A stretch of DNA of 39,657 nt from Gammaproteobacteria bacterium (GTDB taxonomy: Bacteria > Pseudomonadota > Gammaproteobacteria > Steroidobacterales > Steroidobacteraceae), in assembly GCA_030038645.1 (NCBI GenBank), contig JASHSR010000110.1, positions 1 through 39,657 of the forward strand, written 5' to 3'. The translations under genes and the position numbers were made by a program. Below are positions 30,757 through 38,903 of the stretch, in pieces (positions within the stretch are counted from its first letter, which is position 1; each line of letters opens with the position of its first letter). The notes beneath the pieces were generated by a model. The model had not been told where the DNA came from, did not search any database, and saw only the letters and a list, made by a program, of their open reading frames with translations.

Positions 30757-31664
30757 TTCGCCACCGTGATGCCGTTCACCGGCGCGTTGCGATTGTTCTC
30801 CTCGCAGATGTACTCCTCGGGCCGCACGTCCGGCCGCCAGTGATAGATTCGCCGATAGCTGTAGGGATGCTCGAGCGTCACGGGATCCTCGACCGTCATG
30901 ACGAGCTCGAGCTCCGCGCCGCCGTCGATCTTGCGGTAGCGCTCGATGAGGTGCAGCTGCGTGGAGTGCGAGCTGCCCTCGTCGTCGATGAACGAGCGGT
31001 CGTCGATCGCGACCGTGTCCACGACGAGCGTATCCCCCTCCCAGTGCCCGACCGAGTCGCCGAGGAAGCTGATGCGCGGATGCTTGGGATGAGGCCGGTT
31101 CATCCAGATGCGGCGCACTTCGTGCGCCACCTCGTGCAGGAAGGTGATCCGTCCCGGCGTCTGGACGATCTCGATCGGATAGGGACTCTCCATCAGCCGC
31201 GGCATGCCGTGCGAGAGGCACTGAGTCTCGGTGTCGGCCTGGGGAATCCCGCGGTTCTTGGCGCGGATGCGCTGCTCGAGGATCTTCATGTACTGCGGTT
31301 TCAGGGGCGGCGGCACGCCGGGCGCGGGCCCGAGCAGGTACTCGTAGCCCTGCAGCCACCAGACCCCTTCGAGGTCGTGGGGGTCCGGGTTGGGTGGCGC
31401 GGAGCCCGGGGGGGCGGGGCCGGCGCCACGCAACGGGGGCGTGAGCGCCAAGGTGGGATCGCCGGTGTTGAACAGGGTCGTCGGACGGTAGGGGCGGAGC
31501 GCCGCATCGCGGGGTCCCGGCCTCTGCGGGGCGGCGCCGGAGTTGGTCTGGGACGCAGGCGCCTGCTGGGCGGCGGCGCCCGCGACTGCAGCGAGCATGC
31601 CGAGGGCGAGCGAGACGCCGAGGCCGACGCGCAGCAGGCCGTGCCTCGAGTTGCAACCGGACAT
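30753..31664 (-). CDS. Secreted protein of unknown function, type A member of the same family (C-terminus CEENNRNAPVNGITVAK)
   Basis: Signal peptide and a Pro-rich linker. Motifs TQCLSHGMPRLM, HEVAHEVRRIW, HWEGDTLVVDT, EEYICEENNRN. RBS GGGGAGGGGG before ATG 31664. Confidence 0.8.
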   Translation of the reverse strand: MSGCNSRHGLLRVGLGVSLALGMLAAVAGAAAQQAPASQTNSGAAPQRPGPRDAALRPYRPTTLFNTGDPTLALTPPLRGAGPAPPGSAPPNPDPHDLEGVWWLQGYEYLLGPAPGVPPPLKPQYMKILEQRIRAKNRGIPQADTETQCLSHGMPRLMESPYPIEIVQTPGRITFLHEVAHEVRRIWMNRPHPKHPRISFLGDSVGHWEGDTLVVDTVAIDDRSFIDDEGSSHSTQLHLIERYRKIDGGAELELVMTVEDPVTLEHPYSYRRIYHWRPDVRPEEYICEENNRNAPVNGITVAK

Positions 31665-31887
31665 TGGCCCCCTCCCCGAACGAGCGCCGCGACCGTCGCG
31701 CTTCCGGGTGTGATCCTACAGGGGGTTCGGCCCTCTGAGAATGGCTTCCCTCGACCGCCTGTTGTACTCTCAAACGTGCCTTGACGGCGAGGAGAGAGAG
31801 CGTCCGGCCGCTTCGTGCGACCGCGCTCAGGGGGCCCGCTTGAGACCGTCTGAAGCCGCGTCACGCCCGCGGCTTCGAGGTGCGAAG

Positions 31888-34407
31888 TTGAGGTATTTGC
31901 AGGGAGAACGAGCGCGCGCTGCGGCGATCCTGATTGCCGGCGCCGCCGTTGCGGTCTTCGCTGGCGCCCTGGTTGCGCCATCCGAAGCCCATGCGGCGGG
32001 ACAGCATCTTACGGTTGCTGCGGAGCAGCATCTGCTCGACAAATACTGTCGCGTCTGTCACAACTTTGATGACTTCGCGGGCGGGATCGAGTTCGAGTCG
32101 TTCAATCCCGGCGACGCCTACGCGAAGCCCGAGCTGACGGAGCGAATGCTCGTCAAGCTGCGTGCCGGGATGATGCCGCCCGTCGGCAAGCCGCGGCCCG
32201 ATCCGGCGGTCGTCCAGGCCTTCGCGACGAATCTCGCGAACGAGATCGACAGCCACGAGAAGCCGAGCCTCGCGATGCCGCGGCTGCATCGCCTGAACCG
32301 CACCGAGTACCGCAACGCGGTGCGCGATCTGCTCGCGCTCGACGTGGATGTCTCGGCGGTGCTGCCGTCCGATGACTCGAGCCACGGCTTCGACAACCAG
32401 GCCGGCACCTTGACGCTCTCGCCCGTGCTGCTCGAAGCCTATCTCTCCGCGGCGGCGAAGATCAGCCGCACGGCCGTTGGGACGGCTACGTCGCCGACCG
32501 AGGCGACCTATGCCGTCGCTCCCGACCGCACGCAGAACTATCACGTCGAGGGTCTGCCCTTCGGCACCCGCGGCGGGCTCCTGATCCGCCACACCTTTCC
32601 CGCCGACGGCACGTACACGTTCAAGATCTACGCCGTGAATCTCGGGAACATGGGTAACTTCCGGCCGTTCGGCGACATCCGCGGCGAGCAGCTCCTCGTC
32701 TATCTCGACGACAAGCGCGTCGCCCAGGTGGACTGGGACAAGGCGCTCGGCGTCGCGCGCTCGTTCGATGCGCTGCCGAACGGCCAGCTGCGCACGATCG
32801 ATGTGACGCTGCCCGTCACGGCGGGGCCGCACCGCATCGGCGTCACGTTCCTCGCGACGAACTACGCGCCGGGGCTCGATCTCAATCACGCGTTCGATCG
32901 CAGCACGATCGAGACGGGCGGCATCCCGGGCTACACGTTCTATCCCCACATCGGCCGCGTGAGAATCGACGGGCCCGTCGACGGGTCGGTGGCGAAGGAC
33001 TCTCCGAGCCGCGAGCGGATCTTCGTGTGCTACCCGAGGCGCCAGAGCGACGAGCAAGCCTGCGCCCATGCGATCGCCGTGACGCTCGCGCGCCGCGCGT
33101 ACCGCGGCTACGACACGCCGCAGGACGTGGACACGCTCATGAAGTTCTACGCGCTCGGCCGTGAGGACGGCTCGTTCGACGCGGGCGTCGAAGCGCTCGT
33201 GGAGCGCGCGCTCGCCGACCCGAAGTTCATCTTCCGCGTGGAGGCGGCGCCGCACGGCCTCGTCGCCGGCGCGGCCTACCGGGTGAACGATCTCGACCTC
33301 GCCTCGAGACTCTCGTTCTTCCTCTGGAGCAGCATTCCGGACGACGAGCTGCTCGAGCATGCGCAGAGGGGAGACCTGCACCGCGACGGGGTGCTGCGCA
33401 GGCAGATCGAGCGCATGCTCGCCGATCCCCGCGCATCGGCCCTCACCACCAACTTCGCCGATCAGTGGCTCGGGCTGCGCGCGCTCGCCTCCTTCGATCC
33501 GGTCGTTGGCCTGTATCCGGACTTCGACGACAACCTGAGACAGGCGTTCAGGCAGGAAGTGGAGCTCTTCTTCACGAGCATCCTCACGGAGAATCGCAGC
33601 ATCCTCGACCTGCTCACCGCGAACTACACGTTCGTCAACGACCGTCTCGCGATGCTCTACGGCATCCCGGGCGTGAAGGGCAGCTACTTCCGCCGCGTCG
33701 TGCTCGACAGCTCGCAGAGCGCGCGCTGGGGACTGCTCGGCAAGGGCGGGATCCTCGCGATCACTTCGCATCCGGACCGGACCTCGCCCGTCGTCCGCGG
33801 CAATTGGGTTCTGAGGACGCTCCTCGGCTCGCCGGCGCCGGATCCGCCGGCGAACGTCCCGGCGCTGAAGCCCAAGCCGCGCGACGCCGCGGGCAACTCC
33901 CGGCCGCAGACGATGCGCGAGCTGATGGAGCAGCATCGGGCCAATCCGGCCTGCGCGAGCTGTCATCGGCTGATGGACCCGATCGGCTTCGCGCTCGAGC
34001 CCTTCGATGCGATCGGCCGCTGGCGCGCGACCGACGGCGGCAGCCCGATCGATACGCGCAGCCGCCTGTACGACGGCACCATGGTGGACGGGCCGGCCGG
34101 CGTGCGGGCGTTCGTGCTGCGCCACAAGCAGCGGTACCTTCTCAACGCCGTCGAGAACCTGATGACTTACGCGCTCGGACGAGCGGTCGCGTACAACGAC
34201 ATGCCGACCGTGCGCGGCATCCTGCGCGAGACGTCGGGCGACGGCTATCGGCTGCGAAGCCTCATCGAGGCGATCGCGATGAGCGATGTCTTCCGCATGA
34301 ACGTCGTGCCGGGGCGAGGTCCCGGGCAGGGGCTCGGCTCTGCGCAGAAAGTTGCATCCGCGACCGGCTCGGCCGCGCCGGGGGTCGGACTCGACCCGGG
34401 TCGCTGA
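31888..34407 (+). CDS. DUF1592/DUF1585/DUF1587/DUF1588/DUF1595-type protein with an N-terminal CXXCH motif
   Basis: LDKYCRVCHNFDD haem-type motif after a hydrophobic N-terminus. Long multi-domain architecture typical of this family. Followed by a DUF1552 gene, the usual pairing. TTG 31888 (GAGGTG 5 nt upstream) is favoured; the longest ORF starts at ATG 31741. Confidence 0.8.
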   Translation: MRYLQGERARAAAILIAGAAVAVFAGALVAPSEAHAAGQHLTVAAEQHLLDKYCRVCHNFDDFAGGIEFESFNPGDAYAKPELTERMLVKLRAGMMPPVGKPRPDPAVVQAFATNLANEIDSHEKPSLAMPRLHRLNRTEYRNAVRDLLALDVDVSAVLPSDDSSHGFDNQAGTLTLSPVLLEAYLSAAAKISRTAVGTATSPTEATYAVAPDRTQNYHVEGLPFGTRGGLLIRHTFPADGTYTFKIYAVNLGNMGNFRPFGDIRGEQLLVYLDDKRVAQVDWDKALGVARSFDALPNGQLRTIDVTLPVTAGPHRIGVTFLATNYAPGLDLNHAFDRSTIETGGIPGYTFYPHIGRVRIDGPVDGSVAKDSPSRERIFVCYPRRQSDEQACAHAIAVTLARRAYRGYDTPQDVDTLMKFYALGREDGSFDAGVEALVERALADPKFIFRVEAAPHGLVAGAAYRVNDLDLASRLSFFLWSSIPDDELLEHAQRGDLHRDGVLRRQIERMLADPRASALTTNFADQWLGLRALASFDPVVGLYPDFDDNLRQAFRQEVELFFTSILTENRSILDLLTANYTFVNDRLAMLYGIPGVKGSYFRRVVLDSSQSARWGLLGKGGILAITSHPDRTSPVVRGNWVLRTLLGSPAPDPPANVPALKPKPRDAAGNSRPQTMRELMEQHRANPACASCHRLMDPIGFALEPFDAIGRWRATDGGSPIDTRSRLYDGTMVDGPAGVRAFVLRHKQRYLLNAVENLMTYALGRAVAYNDMPTVRGILRETSGDGYRLRSLIEAIAMSDVFRMNVVPGRGPGQGLGSAQKVASATGSAAPGVGLDPGR

Positions 34408-34436
34408 GCGAGGGCGGTGCTCGAGAGGTACTGAAC

Positions 34437-35779
34437 ATGCCATTCATCACGAATCGCGCGCTTCCGCGCAGGACCTTCCTCCGGGGACTCGGCACGACGC
34501 TCGCGCTGCCGCTCCTCGAGTCGATGCTACCGGCGCGCGCGCGCGCGTCCGCCAAGTCGCTCCTGCCGACGCGCTTCGTCGGCGCATTCATCCCGCACGG
34601 GGCCGCGCCCGGCTACTGGGTGCCCAAGTCGACCGAGGCTGGATTCGCCTTCCCGTACATCTACGAGCCGCTGCAGCCCTTCCGCAAGCAGGTGGTCCTC
34701 ACCGCCGGCATGTGGTCGCAGTCGTCGGAGAATCCGCCCGGCGTCACCGGCGCCGATCACTTCGTCGCGGCCGCCTTCCTCACCGCCGTCAAGCCGAAGA
34801 AGACCGCGGGACCCGACATCCATGTCGGCACCTCGGTCGATCAGATGATCGCGAGCCACATCGGCCGGGACACGCTGCTGCCCTCCTTGCAGCTCGCGAC
34901 GGAGGATCCGGGCGCCAACTCGAGCAGCTGCGGGGAAGGCTACAGCTGCATCTACACCAACACGATCTCCTGGCAGACGCCGACGCGCCCGCTGCCGATG
35001 GAGATCAATCCGCAGACGGTGTTCGAGCGGATGTTCGGCGACGGCAGCTCCCCCGCGGTGCGGGCGGAGCGCCGCGCGCGCGAGGCGAGCATCCTCGACT
35101 CCGTGACCGGCAGCATCGGCGAGCTCATGCCGCAGGTGCCGCATACGGACCGCGTTCGCCTCGAGGAGTACCTCGACGACGTGCGGGAGATCGAGCGGCG
35201 CCTCGTGATCGCGCGGCGCGCCTCCACGGGCGTGCCGACGAACATCACGGTGCCCTACGGCGTGCCGGAATCCTTCCACGAGCACATCCAGATCCAGTTC
35301 GATCTGCTCGCGCTCGCGTTCCAGGCGGACATCACGCGGGTCGGCGCGGTGCTGTTCGCCCGCGACCTGACGAGCCGCGTGTATCCGAAGAGCGGCACGA
35401 CCATCAGCTTCCATCTCGGCTCGCATCATGGGGAGGACCCCGGCCAGATCGCGGTGTACGCGAAGCTCAACCGCTACCACGTGCAGATGTTCACGTACCT
35501 CGTTCAGAAGCTCGCCGCGATCAAGGAGGCGACGGCACGCTGCTCGACCGCTCGCTGCTGCTGTACGGCTCGAACATGGGCGACTCCAACCAGCACCTGC
35601 ACTACGACGTGCCGCACGTGCTGGTCGGCGGCGCATCGGGCCGGCTGAAGGGCGACCGTCTGCTCTCGTACGCGAGCCGCACGGTCCCCACGGGCAACCT
35701 GCTGCTCAGCATTCTCGACATGTTCGACATCCCCGCCGACCGCTTCGGCGACAGCACCGGCCGGCTGGTCGGCATTTGA
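34437..35779 (+). pseudogene. DUF1552 family protein (Tat signal), reading frame broken by an apparent 1-nt deletion near 35528-35530
   Basis: N-terminus MPFITNRALPRRTFLRGLGTTLALPLL (twin-arginine motif). Frame 1 reads ...KLAAIKE and then runs into nonsense (ATARCSTARCCC...) to a stop at 35648. The +1 frame continues with a family-typical DGTLLDRSLLLYGSNMGDSNQHLHYDVPHVLVGG... to the stop at 35779. Confidence 0.75.
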
Positions 35780-35811
35780 ATGCAGTATTAGAAGCATTAG
35801 GGAGAGGTCTC

Positions 35812-36186
35812 ATGAGGTACCGGCTCGCCGTGAGCGTCGCGCTCCTCGGCTTCGCCTGGGTGGGCGCCGCCTCGGCGCATCACTCGTTCGCGACCTTCGA
35901 CCAGCACGTGACGAAGAGGCTGGTGGGCACGGTCAAGGATTTCCAGTGGACGAACCCCCACATCTGGGTGGACATCCTCGTGAAGTCCCCGCAGACCGGC
36001 AAGATGGAGGAATGGTCGATCGAGGGCGGGAGCCCCAACGGGCTCAGGCGCGCGGGCTGGAAGCGCACGTCCATCAAGCAGGGCGACACGATCGAGGTGG
36101 TCATCCATCCGCTGAAGAACGGCGCGAACGGCGGCAGCATGATGACGGCGACGGTCAACGGCCAGCCGATCGGCCGGCGGTTCTGA
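35812..36186 (+). CDS. Small secreted protein with an HHSF motif directly after the signal peptide (resembles the DUF6152 family)
   Basis: MRYRLAVSVALLGFAWVGAASA|HHSFATFD...FQWTNPHIW...WSIEGGSPNGLRRAGW. RBS GGGAGAGG before ATG 35812. Confidence 0.75.
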   Translation: MRYRLAVSVALLGFAWVGAASAHHSFATFDQHVTKRLVGTVKDFQWTNPHIWVDILVKSPQTGKMEEWSIEGGSPNGLRRAGWKRTSIKQGDTIEVVIHPLKNGANGGSMMTATVNGQPIGRRF

Positions 36187-36217
36187 GGCCGGCGCGGCGG
36201 CAGGCTCGCCGATGCCT

Positions 36218-36257
36218 CAGGCGCGACTCCCATGAGACAGGCGCGACTCCCGTGAAA
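36218..36257 (+). repeat. Tandem 20-bp duplication spanning the ankyrin gene start
   Basis: CAGGCGCGACTCCCATGAGA followed by CAGGCGCGACTCCCGTGAAA (17/20 identical). Confidence 0.8.
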
Positions 36258-37970
36258 CGGCTCCTCGCGACGTTGCTCACCGCGCTCGCATGGCTCTCGT
36301 GCAGCGGGCTCGCGCTCGCCGCGAGCGACTTGGCGGACGCCGTCATGCAGCAGGACTCGGCGCGCGTCGAGGCGCTGCTGAGAGCGCATGCCGAGGTGAA
36401 CGCGACGCAGCCGGACGGCAGCACGGCGCTGCACTGGGCGGCCTACCGGGGCGATGTGCGCACGGCGGCCCTGCTGCTCGCGGCCGGAGCCCACCCGAAC
36501 GTGAGGACCGATACCGGCATGACGCCGCTCCTGCTCGCCTGCCAGGCCGGCAACGCGCAGCTCGTGAAGCTCCTGCTCGATGCGGGAGCGGACGTGAGCG
36601 AGACGCTCACGCACGGCGAGACGCCTCTGATGATGGCCGCGCGGACGGGCAGCGTGCCCGTCATGCAGCTGCTGGTGGCGCACGGCGCGAAGGTGGATGC
36701 GCGCGAGCGCCTGCGCGGCACCACGGCGCTCATGTGGGCCGCGGCGAACAACAACACCGATGCCGTGCGCTTCCTCATCGCGAAGGGGGCGGACGTGAGC
36801 GCACGCTCGGCGAGCGCCGCGCCGGGCCGCAAGCCATACCTCGCGGAGACGGGCCGCTCCCGCATCTCGCAGTTCGCGTACGGGTACGGCCTCGCGGGCA
36901 TCATCGTCAAGCAGGCCTCGGCGCAGTCGCAGAAGCAGGTGCACGAGGAGATCGAGACGGCCCGCGCCGTGCTCGAGCGCTACCCGCTGCCGAAGCTGCC
37001 CCCCGAGAGCAAGAAGAGATGGGGCGGATTGACGCCGCTGATCTTCGCCGCGCGCCAGGGCGATCTCGCGACGGTGAAGGTGCTCCTCGCCGTCGGCGCG
37101 AACGTCAACGAGATGAGCGAGTTCGGCTGGACGCCGCTGCTCGTCGCCACGCAGAACCGCTACTACCAGCTCGGCGCGTATCTGCTGAAGCACGGCGCCA
37201 ATCCCAACCTCGCCAACGAGGGCGGCTGGAATCCGCTCTACATCGCGACGGACAACCGCAACATCGCGAACGGCGACTATCCAGTGCGCAAGCCGGACAT
37301 GGACCACCTCGACTTCATCAAGCTGCTGCTCGCCGCCGGGGCGAACCCCAACCTGCGGATGCGGTCGAGCCTCGACACGCGCACTGTCTTCACGAACCAG
37401 TGGCTACAGGAGGATGGCGCGACGCCCTTCCTGCGCGCCGCCCAGTCGGGCGACCTCGTGCTGATGAAGCTGCTGATGGCGCACGGGGCCGACTGGCGGA
37501 TTCCGACGTACATCAACGTGACGCCGCTCATGGTGGCGAGCGGCATCGGATGGGTCGAGGGCGTCACGTACGAGTGGTCGCCGAAGGAGACTTACGAGAC
37601 GGTGAAATTCCTGCTCGACCTCGGCGCGGACGTGAATGCGCAGGACCTCGTCGACCGGCGCACCGCGCTCATGGGCGCTGCGCACAAGGGAAGGAACGAC
37701 GTGGTCCAGCTGCTCGTGGACCGCGGCGCCGATCTCTCCCTCCACGACATCGGAAGCCGCGACACGGTTCACGCGCTCGCGGGCGTGAGCTGGCAGGCGA
37801 TCGATTACGCGGACGGCCTGGTGCGCGTCGGCGTGCAGTCCGCGATTCCGCACCCGCAGACGGCCGCGTTGATTCGCCGTCTCATGATCGAGCGCGGCCT
37901 GCCGGTGCCCCCGGCGGGGCGCACGCTCGCCTCCATCTGCATCACGGCGCTCTGCCGCGGCGCCGAGTGA
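36252..37970 (+). CDS. Secreted ankyrin-repeat protein (~572 aa)
   Basis: Signal-like VKRLLATLLTALAWLSCSGLALA. Many ANK units (TALHWAAYRGDVRTAALLLAAGAHPN, TPLLLACQAGNAQLVKLLLDAGADV, TPLMMAARTGSVPVMQLLVAHGAKV and others). GTG start with no clear SD. Confidence 0.8.
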   Translation: MKRLLATLLTALAWLSCSGLALAASDLADAVMQQDSARVEALLRAHAEVNATQPDGSTALHWAAYRGDVRTAALLLAAGAHPNVRTDTGMTPLLLACQAGNAQLVKLLLDAGADVSETLTHGETPLMMAARTGSVPVMQLLVAHGAKVDARERLRGTTALMWAAANNNTDAVRFLIAKGADVSARSASAAPGRKPYLAETGRSRISQFAYGYGLAGIIVKQASAQSQKQVHEEIETARAVLERYPLPKLPPESKKRWGGLTPLIFAARQGDLATVKVLLAVGANVNEMSEFGWTPLLVATQNRYYQLGAYLLKHGANPNLANEGGWNPLYIATDNRNIANGDYPVRKPDMDHLDFIKLLLAAGANPNLRMRSSLDTRTVFTNQWLQEDGATPFLRAAQSGDLVLMKLLMAHGADWRIPTYINVTPLMVASGIGWVEGVTYEWSPKETYETVKFLLDLGADVNAQDLVDRRTALMGAAHKGRNDVVQLLVDRGADLSLHDIGSRDTVHALAGVSWQAIDYADGLVRVGVQSAIPHPQTAALIRRLMIERGLPVPPAGRTLASICITALCRGAE

Positions 37971-37997
37971 GGGAGCCGAAGCCGTTGCCGCCCGCGC

Positions 37998-38903
37998 TCA
38001 CATGCGGTGCGTGTCGGTGCAGACGTTCTCCTTGAGGCTCATGCCCGGCTGCCTCGCGAGCGTGAAGCGGGTCGTCCACGGACGGGTGTAGTAGTCCGGG
38101 TCGGTAATGGTGACCGAGCCCTCGATTCGGTTGCGTCCCGACAGCCTGTAGCGCTCCTGCACCTCGAGCTTCTCGCCGTGCGGCAGGCCGGAGTAGTCGA
38201 GCCAGGTCCTGTCGTTGAAGCCGATCGTCTCGATGATGAGCGTCCGCCCTTCGATGCGAGCGATCGACGAGCCGAGCCAGGTGGGATCCGGATCCTCGGG
38301 CAGTGTCTTGTCCCAGTAGATGATGCGGAACGTGTGGTTCACTTCGTGAACGAAGTCCACGCTGCGCGTCGTCTGCAGGATCAGGAAGGGGTACGGCGCA
38401 TAGAGCAGCCTCGGCACGCCGTGCATCAGGCAGGCGCTGATCGGATCGATCGTGCGGTCGCCGCCCTTCAACGCCGCCTGGCGCTTTGCGTATTCCGCCT
38501 TGCCCGCCGCGTTGAGCGGCGGCTCGCGTCCATCGGCCGTGAGCAGGTGAGTGATTCGCCGCGTCATCGCCCACTTGCCGGTGAAATTCGGCGTGCCGGG
38601 CGGCGGCTGCTCGAACAAGGGATCGGCCGGCGTGCCGGTCGCAGGGTCGGCGCTCGCGGAGTCGCCGCTCGTAGGGCCGGCGCTCCCAGCGTCGGCGCTC
38701 GCAGGGTCGCCGGCCGCGGAGACTTCGGCCGCGGCTGCGCCAGCTGCGGCGAAGGCGTGCGGCGCCGCGAGCATCAGCGCCGCCGCGGCGGCGATCGAGA
38801 GAGCAAGCGCCGCGACGAATCCTGCAGTCGGTGCCGGCGCGCGCCTCGCAGCCGGCGCGAGTCCCGCGAGGCGCCCCGCGCCCCCGTGCTGTCCCGCGCT
38901 CAC
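37998..38903 (-). CDS. Secreted protein of unknown function, type B paralogue with an Ala/Ser/Asp-rich linker
   Basis: Motifs SACLMHGVPRLL, HEVNHTFRIIYW, IEGRTLIIET, GFNDRT, GLPHG, YYTRPWT, ENVCTD. The GTG 38903 start is inferred by analogy with the ATGA junction of the other pair (here GTGA). Confidence 0.75.
   Translation of the reverse strand: MSAGQHGGAGRLAGLAPAARRAPAPTAGFVAALALSIAAAAALMLAAPHAFAAAGAAAAEVSAAGDPASADAGSAGPTSGDSASADPATGTPADPLFEQPPPGTPNFTGKWAMTRRITHLLTADGREPPLNAAGKAEYAKRQAALKGGDRTIDPISACLMHGVPRLLYAPYPFLILQTTRSVDFVHEVNHTFRIIYWDKTLPEDPDPTWLGSSIARIEGRTLIIETIGFNDRTWLDYSGLPHGEKLEVQERYRLSGRNRIEGSVTITDPDYYTRPWTTRFTLARQPGMSLKENVCTDTHRM

Noticed and set aside
30025-31773. Single 582-aa ORF spanning both paralogue genes
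   Set aside because: Only the C-terminal 243 aa (from ATG 30756) shows the family motifs and a signal peptide. The upstream part is an off-frame read-through of the type-A gene, which is encoded in another frame (30753-31664).
33465-34436. Long upstream extensions of the DUF1552 reading frames (ORFs 33465-35648 and 34352-35779)
   Set aside because: These portions overlap the DUF1592 coding region in other frames. The DUF1552 Tat signal, RBS (GAGAGG) and ATG are at 34437.
38600-38760. Repetitive GTCGGCGCTCGC(G/A)G(A/G)GTCGCCG units that look like a short tandem repeat
   Set aside because: They are in frame inside the type-B paralogue and encode an Ala/Ser/Asp/Pro-rich linker (..SADP..SADA..). 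This is low-complexity coding sequence, not a CRISPR array or a non-coding repeat array.
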